64,000 nt of DNA, from contig NC_057718.1 in the NCBI RefSeq assembly GCF_004010195.1, forward strand, positions 55,088,196-55,152,195, in the 5' to 3' direction. The notes beneath the pieces are model-generated. The model had not been told where the DNA came from. It worked only from the letters and a program-made list of their open reading frames with translations, and made no database searches. Below, in pieces: positions 1-11,809 of the stretch (positions are counted from its first letter, which is position 1; the number at the start of each line of letters is the position of its first letter). The translations under genes were made by a program, and so were the position numbers. The stretch is from Chiloscyllium plagiosum. Taxonomy: Eukaryota.

Positions 1-1113
1 GTTTGTCGCCAAATTCATATAACTTTTGTTTTGCAAATAATATTTCCCTCTTAACCGTTTGGATAAGCGTGGTGTTTAGAGCTGTCCTAAGGGCTGTAAT
101 CCTTTGCAATTTGATAATAAAAGGTCTATCAGCGTATGCTGTTTCAGCTGCTTTTAAGTGAGCTTCAAGCAGACGCTATTGTTCTCCCTTTAATTTTTTC
201 AGGGTCTCTGAGTAGGAGATGATCAAACGTCGCGCGTAAGCTTTGATGGTCTCCCACATCATTGATGGGTTGCTAGTCGTACCTAAATTAATTTCTAAAA
301 AAGTTTTAAATTCTTGAGAGAAGTACTTTACAAATTTACTATCTTTCATCAGGAAGGGGTCCATACGCCAATGCTGAGGGGATGTCCCATTGTTCCTCGC
401 CTTAGTTTCCATATATACAGCAGCGTGGTCGGAAATTGCTATACTATCTATTTTACAGGATGATATGGAATTTTAAAAATTCGAGGGGGCAAAAAACATA
501 TCAATTTTGGTATGACATTTATGTGGATTGGAGTAAAAAGAAAAATCTCTGCCCTGTGGATGAAGACATCTCCATACCTCTACTAATCCTAATTCCTTGT
601 TCATATCCACCAATTGTCTAGATCTGGGAGATACTCCTGCAGTACTCTTGGGAATCCTATCTATTTCCGGATCCATAATACAATTAAAGTCTCCCCCTAT
701 AATTATATGACGGGCATCAAAAGCCATCAATTTTGAAAAGGCTTCCGTTATAAATTTAAAGGGGTGTGCCGGGGGGCAGTACAAATTTAAAATCCCATAT
801 TCCTCTCCATTTATGAGGGCTTTAATCAAGATATATTGTCCAGATTCGTCTTTTATCTGATTTAGGATTTTGAAAGGGAAATTCTTCCGAATAAGAATAA
901 CAACTCCCCTACTTATTGAGCTAAAAGAAGAAAAAATGGCCTGATCAAATCCACCTTGTCATAATTTCAAGTGTTCTTTATCCAATAGGTGTGTCTCCTG
1001 TAGGAGAGCTATATCAACTCTTTCTTTCTTAAGATTTGATAATATTTTCTTCCTTTTGACTGGCGAATTACTCCCCTTGACATTCCAGGTGCACCACTTA
1101 CTGATCAACCATA
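1..1113 (-). pseudogene. L1 ORF2 N-terminus (APE endonuclease), disrupted
   Basis: ORF fragments 959-1192, 473-829 and 176-412 give successive endonuclease motifs broken by stops and frameshifts. Confidence 0.88.
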
Positions 1114-1573
1114 ATCGTCCGGGCAAATCCGAGACCCCTCGGGAGGGGAAACCTATCCAGAACATCCCGAGCATAGAGCATATAAAATTCACAAAGATAA
1201 AGGCTCTCTAATACACTCACAACAATATAATAAAAATCTATTTCTAAATAATTTTAAAAAAGTATTTAAATGGAGATTTTCCCCCTTGTTCCCAGGGGGT
1301 GTCACTTCCTTTCCAAAGGTCGATAGTATCCTCTCCCAACCAGTGCCCCACCCTTGACCCAGGCGCTCCTCAATAGGATAAGGAGAATTCAAATATACTA
1401 CAAAGCTAGAGTTAACAGTGAGCACCCTACCCCCACCCACACTAACACCTGGATATATTTGGTAATGTTAATACCATGTATAAACATATAACTATAAAAT
1501 TACAACCTCAACAAATAATAATTAAATATAATAATACAAAATAACAAGGGAAAAACAACCCCGCTCCTAAAGA

Positions 1574-1630
1574 NNNNNNNNNNNNNNNNNNNNNNNNNNN
1601 NNNNNNNNNNNNNNNNNNNNNNNNNNNNNN
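1574..1630. other. Assembly gap (run of N)
   Basis: Directly visible N run. Confidence 1.
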
Positions 1631-2375
1631 CGTAGCGTCGCTGGGTAGCGTAAGGAGTACTGAATATTTAAGTCCCTTAAACACTTCTTCGCCTAATCAA
1701 ATGGCTTCCTCTTTCGGACCAGAGCTGGGGAAAAGTCCTGGAACAACATGATCTTGGATCCTTTATAGATCATGGCTTGGGAATCTTTTCCAAGATTTCT
1801 AGAGGCTTCTAGGAGTATCTGCCTCTCCTTATTGCTCTGCAGCCGGAACAAACCGGGCGGGGACCCTGGTAGGCCCATTCTACCCTTACCTGGCCTGATC
1901 CAGCCTTCAGATTTAAAAGCTGTGGAAGCCACTGTTCGAGAAACGCTGTAAGCTGGCCTTCCTCTTCCCGTTCGGGAAGGCCCAGCAAATGAATATTTTT
2001 TCGACGACCTCGATTATCAAGGTCATCAATATGATTCTCTAAGGTCTGGACTCGCTGTTCGAGAGTCCGGACCCGATCCACGGGTACTGTAGTTTCGGAG
2101 GTCGCGGCCTTTAGCTCCGTCCCTCCGACTCGGCGCTCGATTTCCTTAATGTCTCGGTCGTGCTTTTGCAGCGCGGCCAAGAGTGAGTCCCATCGACTTC
2201 GGGATTCTTCAATAAAAGCGTCGATCTTCGCATCCAGTTTGGAGATGATTTCTATGAGGCTCACCACCATAGGTAAGTCCCCCGGGGCAGCTGCGGACGC
2301 CTCAGCTGCAGCTGGAGAGGGTGGGGGAGGGGTTCCTGCTTGCTGAGAACTGCGGGCTCCCTTCCCTTTAGTCAT
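1631..2375 (-). pseudogene. L1 ORF1 (transposase_22-like RNA-binding protein), frameshifted
   Basis: ORFs 1809-2375 and 1693-1932 carry consecutive ORF1p motifs in different frames. Confidence 0.85.
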
Positions 2376-4015
2376 TTTTACTGAAGATTAGATTGTTTAA
2401 ATTTAATACTAAGCAACTAATTAAATTAAACAGCTATTTTAAATGATTTGGTGAGTGTGGTGGGATGGGTAACCCACTTTGCCCAAGTCTTGGGAGGAGC
2501 ACTGTAGACTCAGACTTGCTGGGTCGCCGCCATCTTGGATTCCCCCTCATTCAATTCTTGACAATGCATCAGCAATCACGTTTCCTTGTTCTGCCACATG
2601 CGCAATTTTCTAATTGAATAGCTGCAACAGCAAGCTCCAACTAAACAGTCTGGAAATTTTTCCTTAAATACCTCTACACTTCAATGGGTTATGATCAGTG
2701 TACATGATTGTCTCAGATACATTACTGGTAACATAAAAATTGAAATGTTGTAACACCAACACCAACTCAAAGTCTCCTTCTGAACTGTCCAAAATTTCTG
2801 ATGAGTGTTCAGTTTCCTGGAGAAATACTCGATAGGCCTTCCTATTTTCTTGTTGCCTTCCTGTTAGAGCACAGCACCAACACCCACATCACTTGCATCG
2901 ATAGCTTTGTGTAATTAGGTGTGGTTAATATCTGGGCAGTGGTCAACACAGTTTTCAGGCTGTCAAATGCCTTCTGACAGTCCACTGTACACTGAAAGTT
3001 CTTGCCTTTCTTCAGCAGTTCAGTGAATGGAGCAGCCACACTGCTAAAATTTTATGTAAATTTCCAATAAAATCTTCTCAACCCCAGGAATCATAGTACT
3101 GCTCTTTTTGTCAATGATATGGGAAACTCTCCAATTACCTTGTTTGAATTCCATGGGGCAATTTGTCCATGGTCGGTAATATGGCCCAGGAAGGTAACTT
3201 GGCCTTTGGCAAATTCACTTTTAGCCAGGTTTATCACCAAGCCTGCCTCCTGAAGTTGATTGAACAATTCTGATAAATATTGCAAATGTCCCTTCCACCT
3301 GTGACTAAAAATCACCAGGCCGTCGTTATAAACTACACAATTGGGTAATCCGGCAATGCCCTTATTGGTTCGTCTCTGAAATGTGGCTGGTGCATTTTCT
3401 TTACCAAACAGCATGACTTTAAAGTCCATTTGGTGTTACGAAAGCCAAAATTGTCTTCGCTCTTTCGGACAAAGGTAACTGCCAGTATCTACAGAGCAAG
3501 TCCAATTTAGAAATATAAGTTGCTTGTCCCACCTTTTCAACACAGTCTTCCAAATGCGCAATCAGATGTGACCAGTCTTTGTAACTGCATTTGCTATAGT
3601 ACATTTGGTTTTGGCACCATTACTATGGGTGAGCTCCCATCACAGTAAATCGCATTGAGTATGTCATCTTGGAGCATGCTTTCAATCTTCTTTTGAACCT
3701 GTGCCAACTTTAGAGGGTTATGCCTATAAGGATGTTGCTTAATTGGAACAGCATCTCCTATATCTACATCATGCATAATTAGGTTAATACTTCCCAGCTT
3801 ATTTCCACATATCGCCCCATGTGATAGCAATAACTCTTTCAGATCATTTTGATTTTCCTCTGGAAGGTAACTCAATACTTTATCCCATGTTTTAACAACT
3901 TTCACATTGTCCAATTTAATTTGAGGAATTTCCAATTCAGAATCCTTCTTCAATCTGTGTTGTAACCAATAACACAAACTCCTTATGTTTTCTTTCCCTT
4001 TCAAAATACCTTTTG

Positions 4016-4360
4016 AGCAGTGGCTCAGTGTTTAGCACTGCTGCCTCACAGCTCCAGGGACTCAGGTTCAATTCCAGCCTCGGGCGACTGTATATGTGGA
4101 GTTAGCACATTCTCCTAGTGTCTGCGTGGGTTTCCTCCGGGTGCTTTGATTTCCTTTCAAGACCCAAACATGTGCATGTTAGGTGAGTTGGCCATGCTAA
4201 ATTGCCCATAGTGTTCAGGGATGTGTAGGTTAGGTGCATTGGTCAGGGGTAAATATAGGATAATAGGGTAGGTGAATGGATCTGGGTGGGTTACTCTTCG
4301 GATGGTCAATGTAGACTTGTTGGGCCGAAGGGCCTGTTTCTGCATTGTAGAGATTCTATG
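4016..4360 (+). mobile_element. HE1-type tRNA-derived SINE inserted in the Gypsy pol
   Basis: A/B-box-like head (GTGGCTCAGTGTTTAGCAC...GGTTCAATTCC), V-like core, CR1-like tail GGGCCGAAGGGCCTGTTTC...ATTCTATGA. Confidence 0.85.
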
Positions 4361-5297
4361 AAGCCTTTCTTTTAAAGGTGCATCTATCACTGAAAATAGC
4401 AACACTATCATCGATAGCAAAGTTGCGAGGTTTTGATTTCTTGTCTGCTTCCTGTTTGATTGTATGCTATGATACTTTTAAATGCTGCCTATCCAATTCC
4501 CCCACTCTGTTTAATTATTCCCTAAAACTTGACACATAGTCCAAATATGTTAGTCTGACTTATGACTTATCAATTTATCCTTAATCAATTTTAGCAGGCC
4601 TCTCACTTCATGCCCAAAAACTAATTCAAATGGACTGAATTCGGTCGATTAATTTGATGCATCTCTGATCGCATAAAAGTACAGATGGAATTCCTTTATC
4701 TCAATCAACTGGATAGTCTTGACTATAAGCCCTCAACATGGTCTTTAATGTCAGATGCCACCTTTCTAATACTCCGAGACTCTGGATGGTATGCAGTAGA
4801 TTTGAATTGTTGTATTCCTAAGCTGTCCATAACTTCCTTGAATGACTTTCATGTAAAGTTTAACCCTTGATTTGATTGTATCTCTATGAGTAGTCTGTAT
4901 CTAGTGAAACATTTGAGTAACTCCTGTACAATCCTTTTAGCTGTGATATTGTGTAATGGAATGGCCTCTGGAAATCTAGTGGACCCATCAATTAATGCTT
5001 ATAAATACTGATTTCCACTTTTTTGTTGTAGATAGGGGTCCTTTGCAATCAATTAAAATCTTGTAAAAGGTTCATCAAATGCAGGAATAGGTACTAAAGA
5101 TGCATGTTTTATTACTGCCCATGGTTTTCCAATTACCTAACATGTATGATATGTCTGGCAAAATTCAACAACATTCTTGTGCAATCCAGGCGAGTAACAA
5201 TGTTTTTGTATTTTAGCTTGAGTTTGTCTTACCCCTAAGTGACCCTCTATTGATAGTTCATGCCCCACCCGCAACACTGCCTTTCTATAACCCACTG

Positions 5298-5520
5298 ATT
5301 AGATTAGATTAGATTACTTACAGTGTGGAAACAGGCCCTTCGGCCCAACAAGTCCAACTCACCTAACCTGCACGTTTTTGGACTGTGGGAGGAAACCGGA
5401 GCACCCGGAGGAAACCCACGCAGAATGTGCAAGCTCCACACAGTCAGTCGCCTGAGGCGGGAATTGAACCCGGATCTCTGGTGCTGTGAGGCAGCAGTGT
5501 TAACTACTGTGCCACTGTGG
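5298..5520 (-). mobile_element. HE1-type SINE, internally deleted, with (AGATT)n tail
   Basis: Reverse complement of the head and tail seen at 4016-4360. Confidence 0.8.
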
Positions 5521-7354
5521 GCGATATGACTTGATGGACTTCTGCCTTTTTCTCATCTGCCTGAATATGTGATGGTCTCCATTTCCTCATTAAGACATCA
5601 ATTTTAAGATGGTAGCATTCAGGGATACATTTGGATTATTTTTCCATGTATGCCTTTTGATACAACTGGTTTAAATTTTAATCTTTCTGCTGTAACTCAG
5701 TTAATTTTTCTGAGCTAAAGGTGTCTGCTTTGTCATCTATCTGCTCCTGGTTCGTCTCAACCATCTGATCAAACAGGGTGTCTGCTAATTCTGCTTTAAC
5801 TTTCTTATCTGTACTCTTTGATCTCTCCTGTTTCAGCTGGTAATTTTGTGACCTCGTTACCATACAGTCAGGAAAAGTCCCAGGATATATGTCCTGTCAT
5901 AGTTCAGCTGCCTGAGTTTCCACTGGCTTTTCAACCACACTAGGCAGCTCTCCTACTTGTGAACCAGCTATATCATTATCAAGGACAAGTTGTATGCCTA
6001 GAGCTGAGAATTTGTCCAGTACTCCTACCATGACTTCTCCACTCTTCACTGGACACTCTAACCTCATTCTACATAATTGAATGTTTCTTGTCTCGCCGTG
6101 AATTCCGGGTACTCGCACCTTTTCTGGCAATAGTCCATCAGAGGTACATATCTCTTCATCTTTCAACATTAAAGATTGTAAGGATCCTGTATCTCTTCAT
6201 ATTGTAACCTCTTTACCTGCTGCTCCTGGCCTATGCGAGTAAACTTTACCTCTGGTTTAAGAAGATCAGGCACTTCCTCCTTAACCAACCTCCGACCAGG
6301 TTGTACATTCTGGTGCAGCTTTTTAACTTCTATTGTGATTTCTGTTACCACTCCAACAAAATTCACTGGCTTCTTCTGTTTTCCTACATGTGGCTTCCGA
6401 GTACGTTTCCTAACCCACCAACGCTGTGATTTCATGTGGCCTATTTCATTGGAGTGAAAACACCCTGAGCTTTTTAATTTCTTTCCCCTTCAAGGGTTTC
6501 CTTTTCACCCTGTGGTAAATTATCCTTGTGATCTCCACTGAGATCTACCTTTCCCTTTCCATGTGAGGATTTCTCTTTTCTCCAATTTCTATCCCTCATG
6601 GATTGAAGTTGATTTTGGAAGCCAAACTTTGATTTATGGACTAACTCATAATCATCAGCCATTTCAGTTGCTAATCTTGCTGTTTTAACTCTCCGCTCTT
6701 CCACGAGTTCTCACTACTTCAGGAAGTGAATTTTTGAACTCCTCCAGAATAATCATCTGTCTATGCCCTTATCTACCTATTAAAATTGCCTTATTTGATG
6801 CTTTCAGAGTCAATGTAGGTTTGACCAGAGTACCTCCTTAGATTCCTGAGATGTTGTCTGTAGGCTTCTGGCACAAGCTCATATGCACTTAAGATAGCTT
6901 TCTTCACCTCCTCATACTCCCCAGATACCTCCTCTGATAGTGATGTGAGTACCTCACTAGCCCTACTTTCAAGTTTTGTTTGGATCAACAATGCTCACAT
7001 GATCACTGGCCACTGCATTTGTTGAGTCACCTTTTCAAATGAGATGAAAAAGGCTTCCACATGCTTCTCATCAAATTTAAGCAATGTGTGAATGTATTTA
7101 AACAGATCCTTTCAGCTCCCATGAGTTTGCTTACCCTCACTTTCTTCCTAACTAAACTTACCTTCATCCTTCATCGCCATTTTCTTTAGGCTGGCTTTCC
7201 TGTCTAAGTGCCAATTTCTGAAGGTCAAACTCCCTCTCTTTCCTCCTTTCCTCTCTTTCCTTTTCTCTCCTTTCTCTCTCTCTCTCTTTTCTCTGCTTTT
7301 AATCAGAATTCAAACCATTTCATTTCTGTTGCCTTTCCTTGTCTTTTGCCTCTA

Positions 7355-7485
7355 ACTCAAGCCTTCATCAGGCTTATGCCCAAAACATTAATTCTCCTGC
7401 TGCTTGGATGCTGCCTGATGTGCTGTGCTTTTTTAGCACCACACTTTTCGATTCTGATCTCCAGCATCTGCAGTCCTTTCTCCAA
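7355..7485 (+). mobile_element. Penelope-like element terminal fragment
   Basis: GGATGCTGCCTGA...CTCCAGCATCTGCAGTCC motif shared with many other copies in the window. Confidence 0.6.
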
Positions 7486-7945
7486 GCACATGAGGGAGAA
7501 AGGAAAAGCTGCTTAGATGAGAAAAGATGGGAAAAGGCAAATGTAGTATGAAAACTGGTGTGAACTAGTCTTGTTTCACAATACTTGTTTCAGTGCCTGA
7601 AATCCCATCCATGGACTTACTCCAACAATTGTCAAACAACTCAATTAGTGGATTAAAGTATTAACTGTTGCATTCTTATGCACAAAAGAACAATATATAA
7701 TTTCCCAAATGATATGCTACACAGGAAATTTTTATTCAACAGTATGAGCTGTTTTAGAAACAGCCTACTCTGCTGAAGTGATAAAGGAAAATGATAACAA
7801 TGAATAACAAGAAAGAAAATAGCAGCTTCCCCCTCAGTCAGTAAGATCATGATTGATCTGATGTGTCCTTAATTTCACTTTCCTGACTGTCCATGGTAAC
7901 CATTGACTCCCTTGTCAATCAAAAATCTGTGCAACTCAGCTTTGG

Positions 7946-8510
7946 GTATATGGGTATTTTTATAATGCCATAGTTGCATTTCAGCGAAACCTCGCTTACT
8001 AGAAAATCACTTTTTGTGAATAATGTGGCCTATGGGGAAAGTAGGATTAGGGGTAGATCAGCAAAAAATGTCACTCATGATTGCTCAGAAATCACCCAAA
8101 AGTCGAACACAAAGCAAGGTGAAGGTTGAAATAAAATTTATTAACAAAACAAAAGAATATTTAACACAATACATTTTTTAAAAATGTAAGAAAACTGCTC
8201 TCTGTACAGCACGTTTCGCAAAATGTTGCTCTGTCGGCAGCTGACATTGGTGCATGTACAGAACGACACAAAGCCTGGCACCAGTGCATGCGCAAAACGG
8301 CAAAAGCACTGGTGCATGCGCAGAATAACACAGAAATTTCGACGTGCACAATGGCACGTGTGCAGAACAAAGCACGTGAGCGAATCCCTGCTGGAATCAC
8401 ACTATTGCCAATGGAGGTAAGCGTTTTCCAAAACACCATTCCCTAATTCTTCAGTGATGTTACAAACAAATCATACTGCCAAAACACATGTTATCCCAGA
8501 ACTGCCTGTA
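7946..8510. mobile_element. Putative Tc1/mariner (Tigger-like) non-autonomous DNA element
   Basis: Right end GTTATCCCAGAACTGCCTGTA resembles a Tigger-type TIR plus TA. The left end is only weakly similar. Internal TGCATGCGCA repeats. Confidence 0.35.
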
Positions 8511-8514
8511 TTAA

Positions 8515-9035
8515 TTGACCCAGGGCCAACTCAGTTCCAGGACATCTCAGCAGGAGTCCTTCAGGGTAGTGTTCTCGGCCCAACCATCATCAACTGCTTT
8601 ATCAATGACCTTTCCTCCATCACAAGGTTAGACAATTGTGCAATCATTAGAGAAAATCCAATGTTCAGCACATTCATGACTCCTTAGAAAATGAAGCAGT
8701 CCACATTCAAATTCAGTAAGATCTGGACCATATCAGGCTTGAGCTGACAAGTGGCAGGTTACATTTGTGCCACACAAATGCTAGGCAATGACCATCTTCA
8801 GTCAGAATCAATTTAAATACCTCCTCTTTATATTCAGTGGAGTTATCATTACTGAATCCCCCACTTCAAAAGTCTGGAGTTTATCATTGACCAGAAACTC
8901 AACTTGACTCACCATATAAATACAGTGGGTGCAAAAGCAGGTCAGATGCTAGGAATACTGTGGAGAGTAACTCACCTTCTGACTCTCTAGAGGCTGTCCA
9001 CCATCTACAAGTTACAAGTCAGGAGTATGATAGCA
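8515..9035 (+). mobile_element. CR1-clade LINE RT fragment
   Basis: AGVLQGSVLGPTI.NCFINDL motif; related to 9300-9430 and 14690-16345. Confidence 0.75.
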
Positions 9036-10421
9036 AACGTTAAACTCTGCTTTCTTCTCACAGATGCTGCTGAATCTTGCTGAGTTTTGCCAACAAATTC
9101 CATTTAACTTCATATTTCATTACAGCTCTAGTCCAAAATAAACAAAAGTCCTAAATTTTGACAAGAAAGATTAAAGTGACTTTTCTTGAGCCTAAGCAAA
9201 GTTTAAATCAACAGTTCACTAGTCGGATCCATTTATAACACATTGGAAGATGCTTGTGGTTGCTGAAAGTCATTCATCTCATTTTTGAACATTTTCCTCT
9301 GAGTAATGTTCTAGGCCCAGTCATCTTCGGTTGCTTCATTGACAACCTTCCTTCCACTATAAAATCGGAAGTGGGGCTATTTACTGGTAATTACTTAATG
9401 TCCAGTTCCATTCACAACTCTTATGGTACTAAAATAAAAGCAGAGTACGGCAGATGCTAGAGCTCTTGCAGAAATAAATTTACCACAGTCAAAAATATAT
9501 GTAAGCTTCTTCTGGCTTATTCTGAGGTAGTAACTGGAAAATTTGATGGAACCAAGGAACATAATATGTAGGTGCTGGCAGGAAAGTAAGAGTTTGGATT
9601 TGCAGAACTAATAGATTGTTCACCACTTAATCACAATATTTTAATATCATGCATTCTCTTCCTCAGTGAATTGATGGATTATAAAATGAATTGAAATTCC
9701 CTAATGGGCTTCAATAGATGAAACTGATGAAAGAAATTTAGAGTAATTTGAATTTAAAATATTCTTTTAACTGACCAAAATGAAATTGACTATCAGGTGC
9801 CCCATATACATTTCCTGTCCTTTTGCTGATTAAACTGTGGTTAGGAGGTTCACAGGAAAGCATTGGTTGTAAGAATCTGGGGTAAGTAATCAGTTACAGT
9901 AATTGCACTTGCTTGAGAGACAAATTTTGATAAACATTGCAGATACTTTCTTTGCCTATTAAATCTGTTAGATCTGTTAAATATATTTAATCACAGTAAG
10001 GTAAGAGAAGGAATTGAGGACAAGCAGACTTGATGTTATTAAGTTCTTGTTATGCAATCAAATGGTCATATATTAGCAGTCTATGGTATGTATTTAATCA
10101 TACCCAAACATAATTAATGTCAGGGTCAATTCTGATTTAATAAGTTGAATTATGTAACATGAAACCTGCAACTTAGAACACAGACTTTACTGTAGAAATA
10201 AATGTTGATTATAGTTTGACGTTGGGGATATTAGTACTCTCCATGTCATGCATATTCTGTGGAACAATATGTTTTTTCATCTTAAATCAGTGACATACTG
10301 TGTAAATAATTGCTACCTAGGAAGAAATTTGCAGTTATGTGTGATACCTTATTCTGTCCTCAGTCCATTTAGAGTATGTCCCACAATAAATCATTTTATT
10401 TTCACAAACATGAATGCCAAT

Positions 10422-10625
10422 TTGTACATAGCAAGGTCTCATAAACAACAAATTAAAGTTAATCTCTTATTAGTGATGTTAGCTGTGTAATGATTGTTGG
10501 CCGGAGCACCAGAAGAACTTCCTAGTTTTCTTCTAATAGGACAATGGAATTTTAGTATATTTAGCAGAAAAGCCCTTGATTTAACATTTTTACAGAATGA
10601 TACACCTCAGTATAGGCTTGGCATT
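10422..10625 (-). mobile_element. DeuSINE (SacSINE1/AmnSINE1-like) Deu-domain fragment
   Basis: TACATAGCAAGGTCTCATAAACA...TAGTGATGTT...TTGGCCGGAGCACCAGAAGAACT resembles the reverse complement of the Deu-domain consensus as recalled. Confidence 0.55.
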
Positions 10626-10855
10626 GCTCTAAATCAAGCAAGCCTATAGCTTTAAAAAAGCTTCTCAACTATACTATTTAAGTAACATGAGAACTCTTAA
10701 TTTTGCAATCAGGTTTTGAAGCACAATTGTAATCAAGGTCTGACAGTGAAGTTCACAACAGTGAAATACAGTTATATGTAATCTAATAATGACCTCTAGT
10801 ATATGGTGTTTATATTTTGTGTTGAACTTATCTATTTCTTAAAAATGTCACCAAG

Positions 10856-10971
10856 TCCCTCAGGCGGATCCGAGGGAATTACTGTCTCCTCCAAAGAATC
10901 ATCGAGAATACATATCTTTCATTCATCAATACGATGCAAGGAAGTGTCCAAATGAACCCATCAGAGGCAAA
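10856..10971 (+). CDS. CIMIP6: C2orf73/CIMIP6 internal coding exon (ciliary microtubule inner protein 6)
   Basis: AG acceptor at 10854-10855 and GTAAGT donor at 10972. Translation (V)[38 protein letters not shown] matches recalled human [22 protein letters not shown]. An alternative acceptor CAG ending at 10863 is possible. Confidence 0.88.
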
Positions 10972-11809
10972 GTAAGTTTAAGATTTATAGTTGTAAGGCC
11001 TATGTGCAAACTGCACTAAAGTATTATGTGACTAATTACTGAATTTGCATCAAAGGCAATTCATGGGCTATGAACTTCAAATGTACTTGAAGGGACTTGT
11101 TCAATGGCTAAGAGAGTTATACAATTTGGTGTGGAATGAAGCCTTAAAATTATGAAAGGTTCTGAATTAAATATTCAAGCTGGTTTTTAACCATCTTATC
11201 TTGGCCAATGTGAGTAAAGGAGCAGAATGTGGAAGTGAAAGCCAAAAGCAAGTAAGGAAAGAGTCAGAATTGGTGGGAGAGTCAACTGTTATGTACTTAC
11301 AGCTATAAACGTAATGACAAATTGAAAGTACTAAAGGTAAGAACTTTATACCCTGAGAAACATAGAATTCCACAGTTTGACCTATGGCTATGTTATTGAC
11401 TTGCTCTACTAAACTGAGCCAAAACTTCACTTGCTTACTCATAGATTTGGTTTCTTTCTCTAAAACTGAATACACAATAACTTTATTGTCAGATAGTGCA
11501 TTTGTATTTAGTATACGAAATAATACAAATACTCTTGATCCTATTTTTCAAGAGTATTAGAACTGTCACTGCAACTATACTCATGTTTTAAACCTTTTCG
11601 ACTGAACTAACAGCAATTACTGTTTTCCAGTGAGGTAGCTAACTAAGAGCAACAAGATCATGATAGTTTATATAAGTTTATATAAGGCTATCATTACATC
11701 ACATGTGCCGTTTTAGGCATGCCATTTGGAAGTAGCCAGTGCCATTAGAGACAGTCAATATAGATTACCAGGATATTGCTAGACTTAAGAAACTATATTT
11801 ATGACAAGA

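Larger units (their letters stand above)
1..2546 (-). mobile_element. L1-clade LINE, 5' portion (5'UTR, ORF1, inter-ORF spacer, ORF2 endonuclease); continues off the window start
   Basis: Minus strand starts GGGGGAATCCAAGATGGCGGCG. ORF1 shows coiled coil plus LDNRGRRKNIHLLGLPE and IMLFQDFSPALVRKR. ORF2 shows APE motifs TWNVKG, LLQETHL, NLYCP, GGDFN, then WRMDP.L and WETIKAYAR. Confidence 0.93.
2547..7340 (-). mobile_element. Degenerate Gmr1-type Ty3/Gypsy LTR retrotransposon internal region (SCAN-like gag, protease, integrase, RT, RNase H)
   Basis: Gag LIQTKL...YEEVKKAILSAYELVPEAYRQ (6791-7100) and a zinc-knuckle remnant near 6420-6465. Protease region 5900-6200. Integrase GHLGVRQT and TRFPEAIPL (4400-5290). 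RT PIKQHPYR, SKLDL..YWQLPL, FG..NAPATFQR (3100-3800). RNase H ends GNVIADALSRIE* at 2547. Confidence 0.88.

Noticed and set aside
4016..4090. tRNA gene
   Set aside because: The tRNA-like A/B boxes are the head of an HE1-type SINE
10846..10956. ATG-initiated short ORF MSPSPSGG... over the exon
   Set aside because: It stops before the splice donor, and the other frame matches CIMIP6
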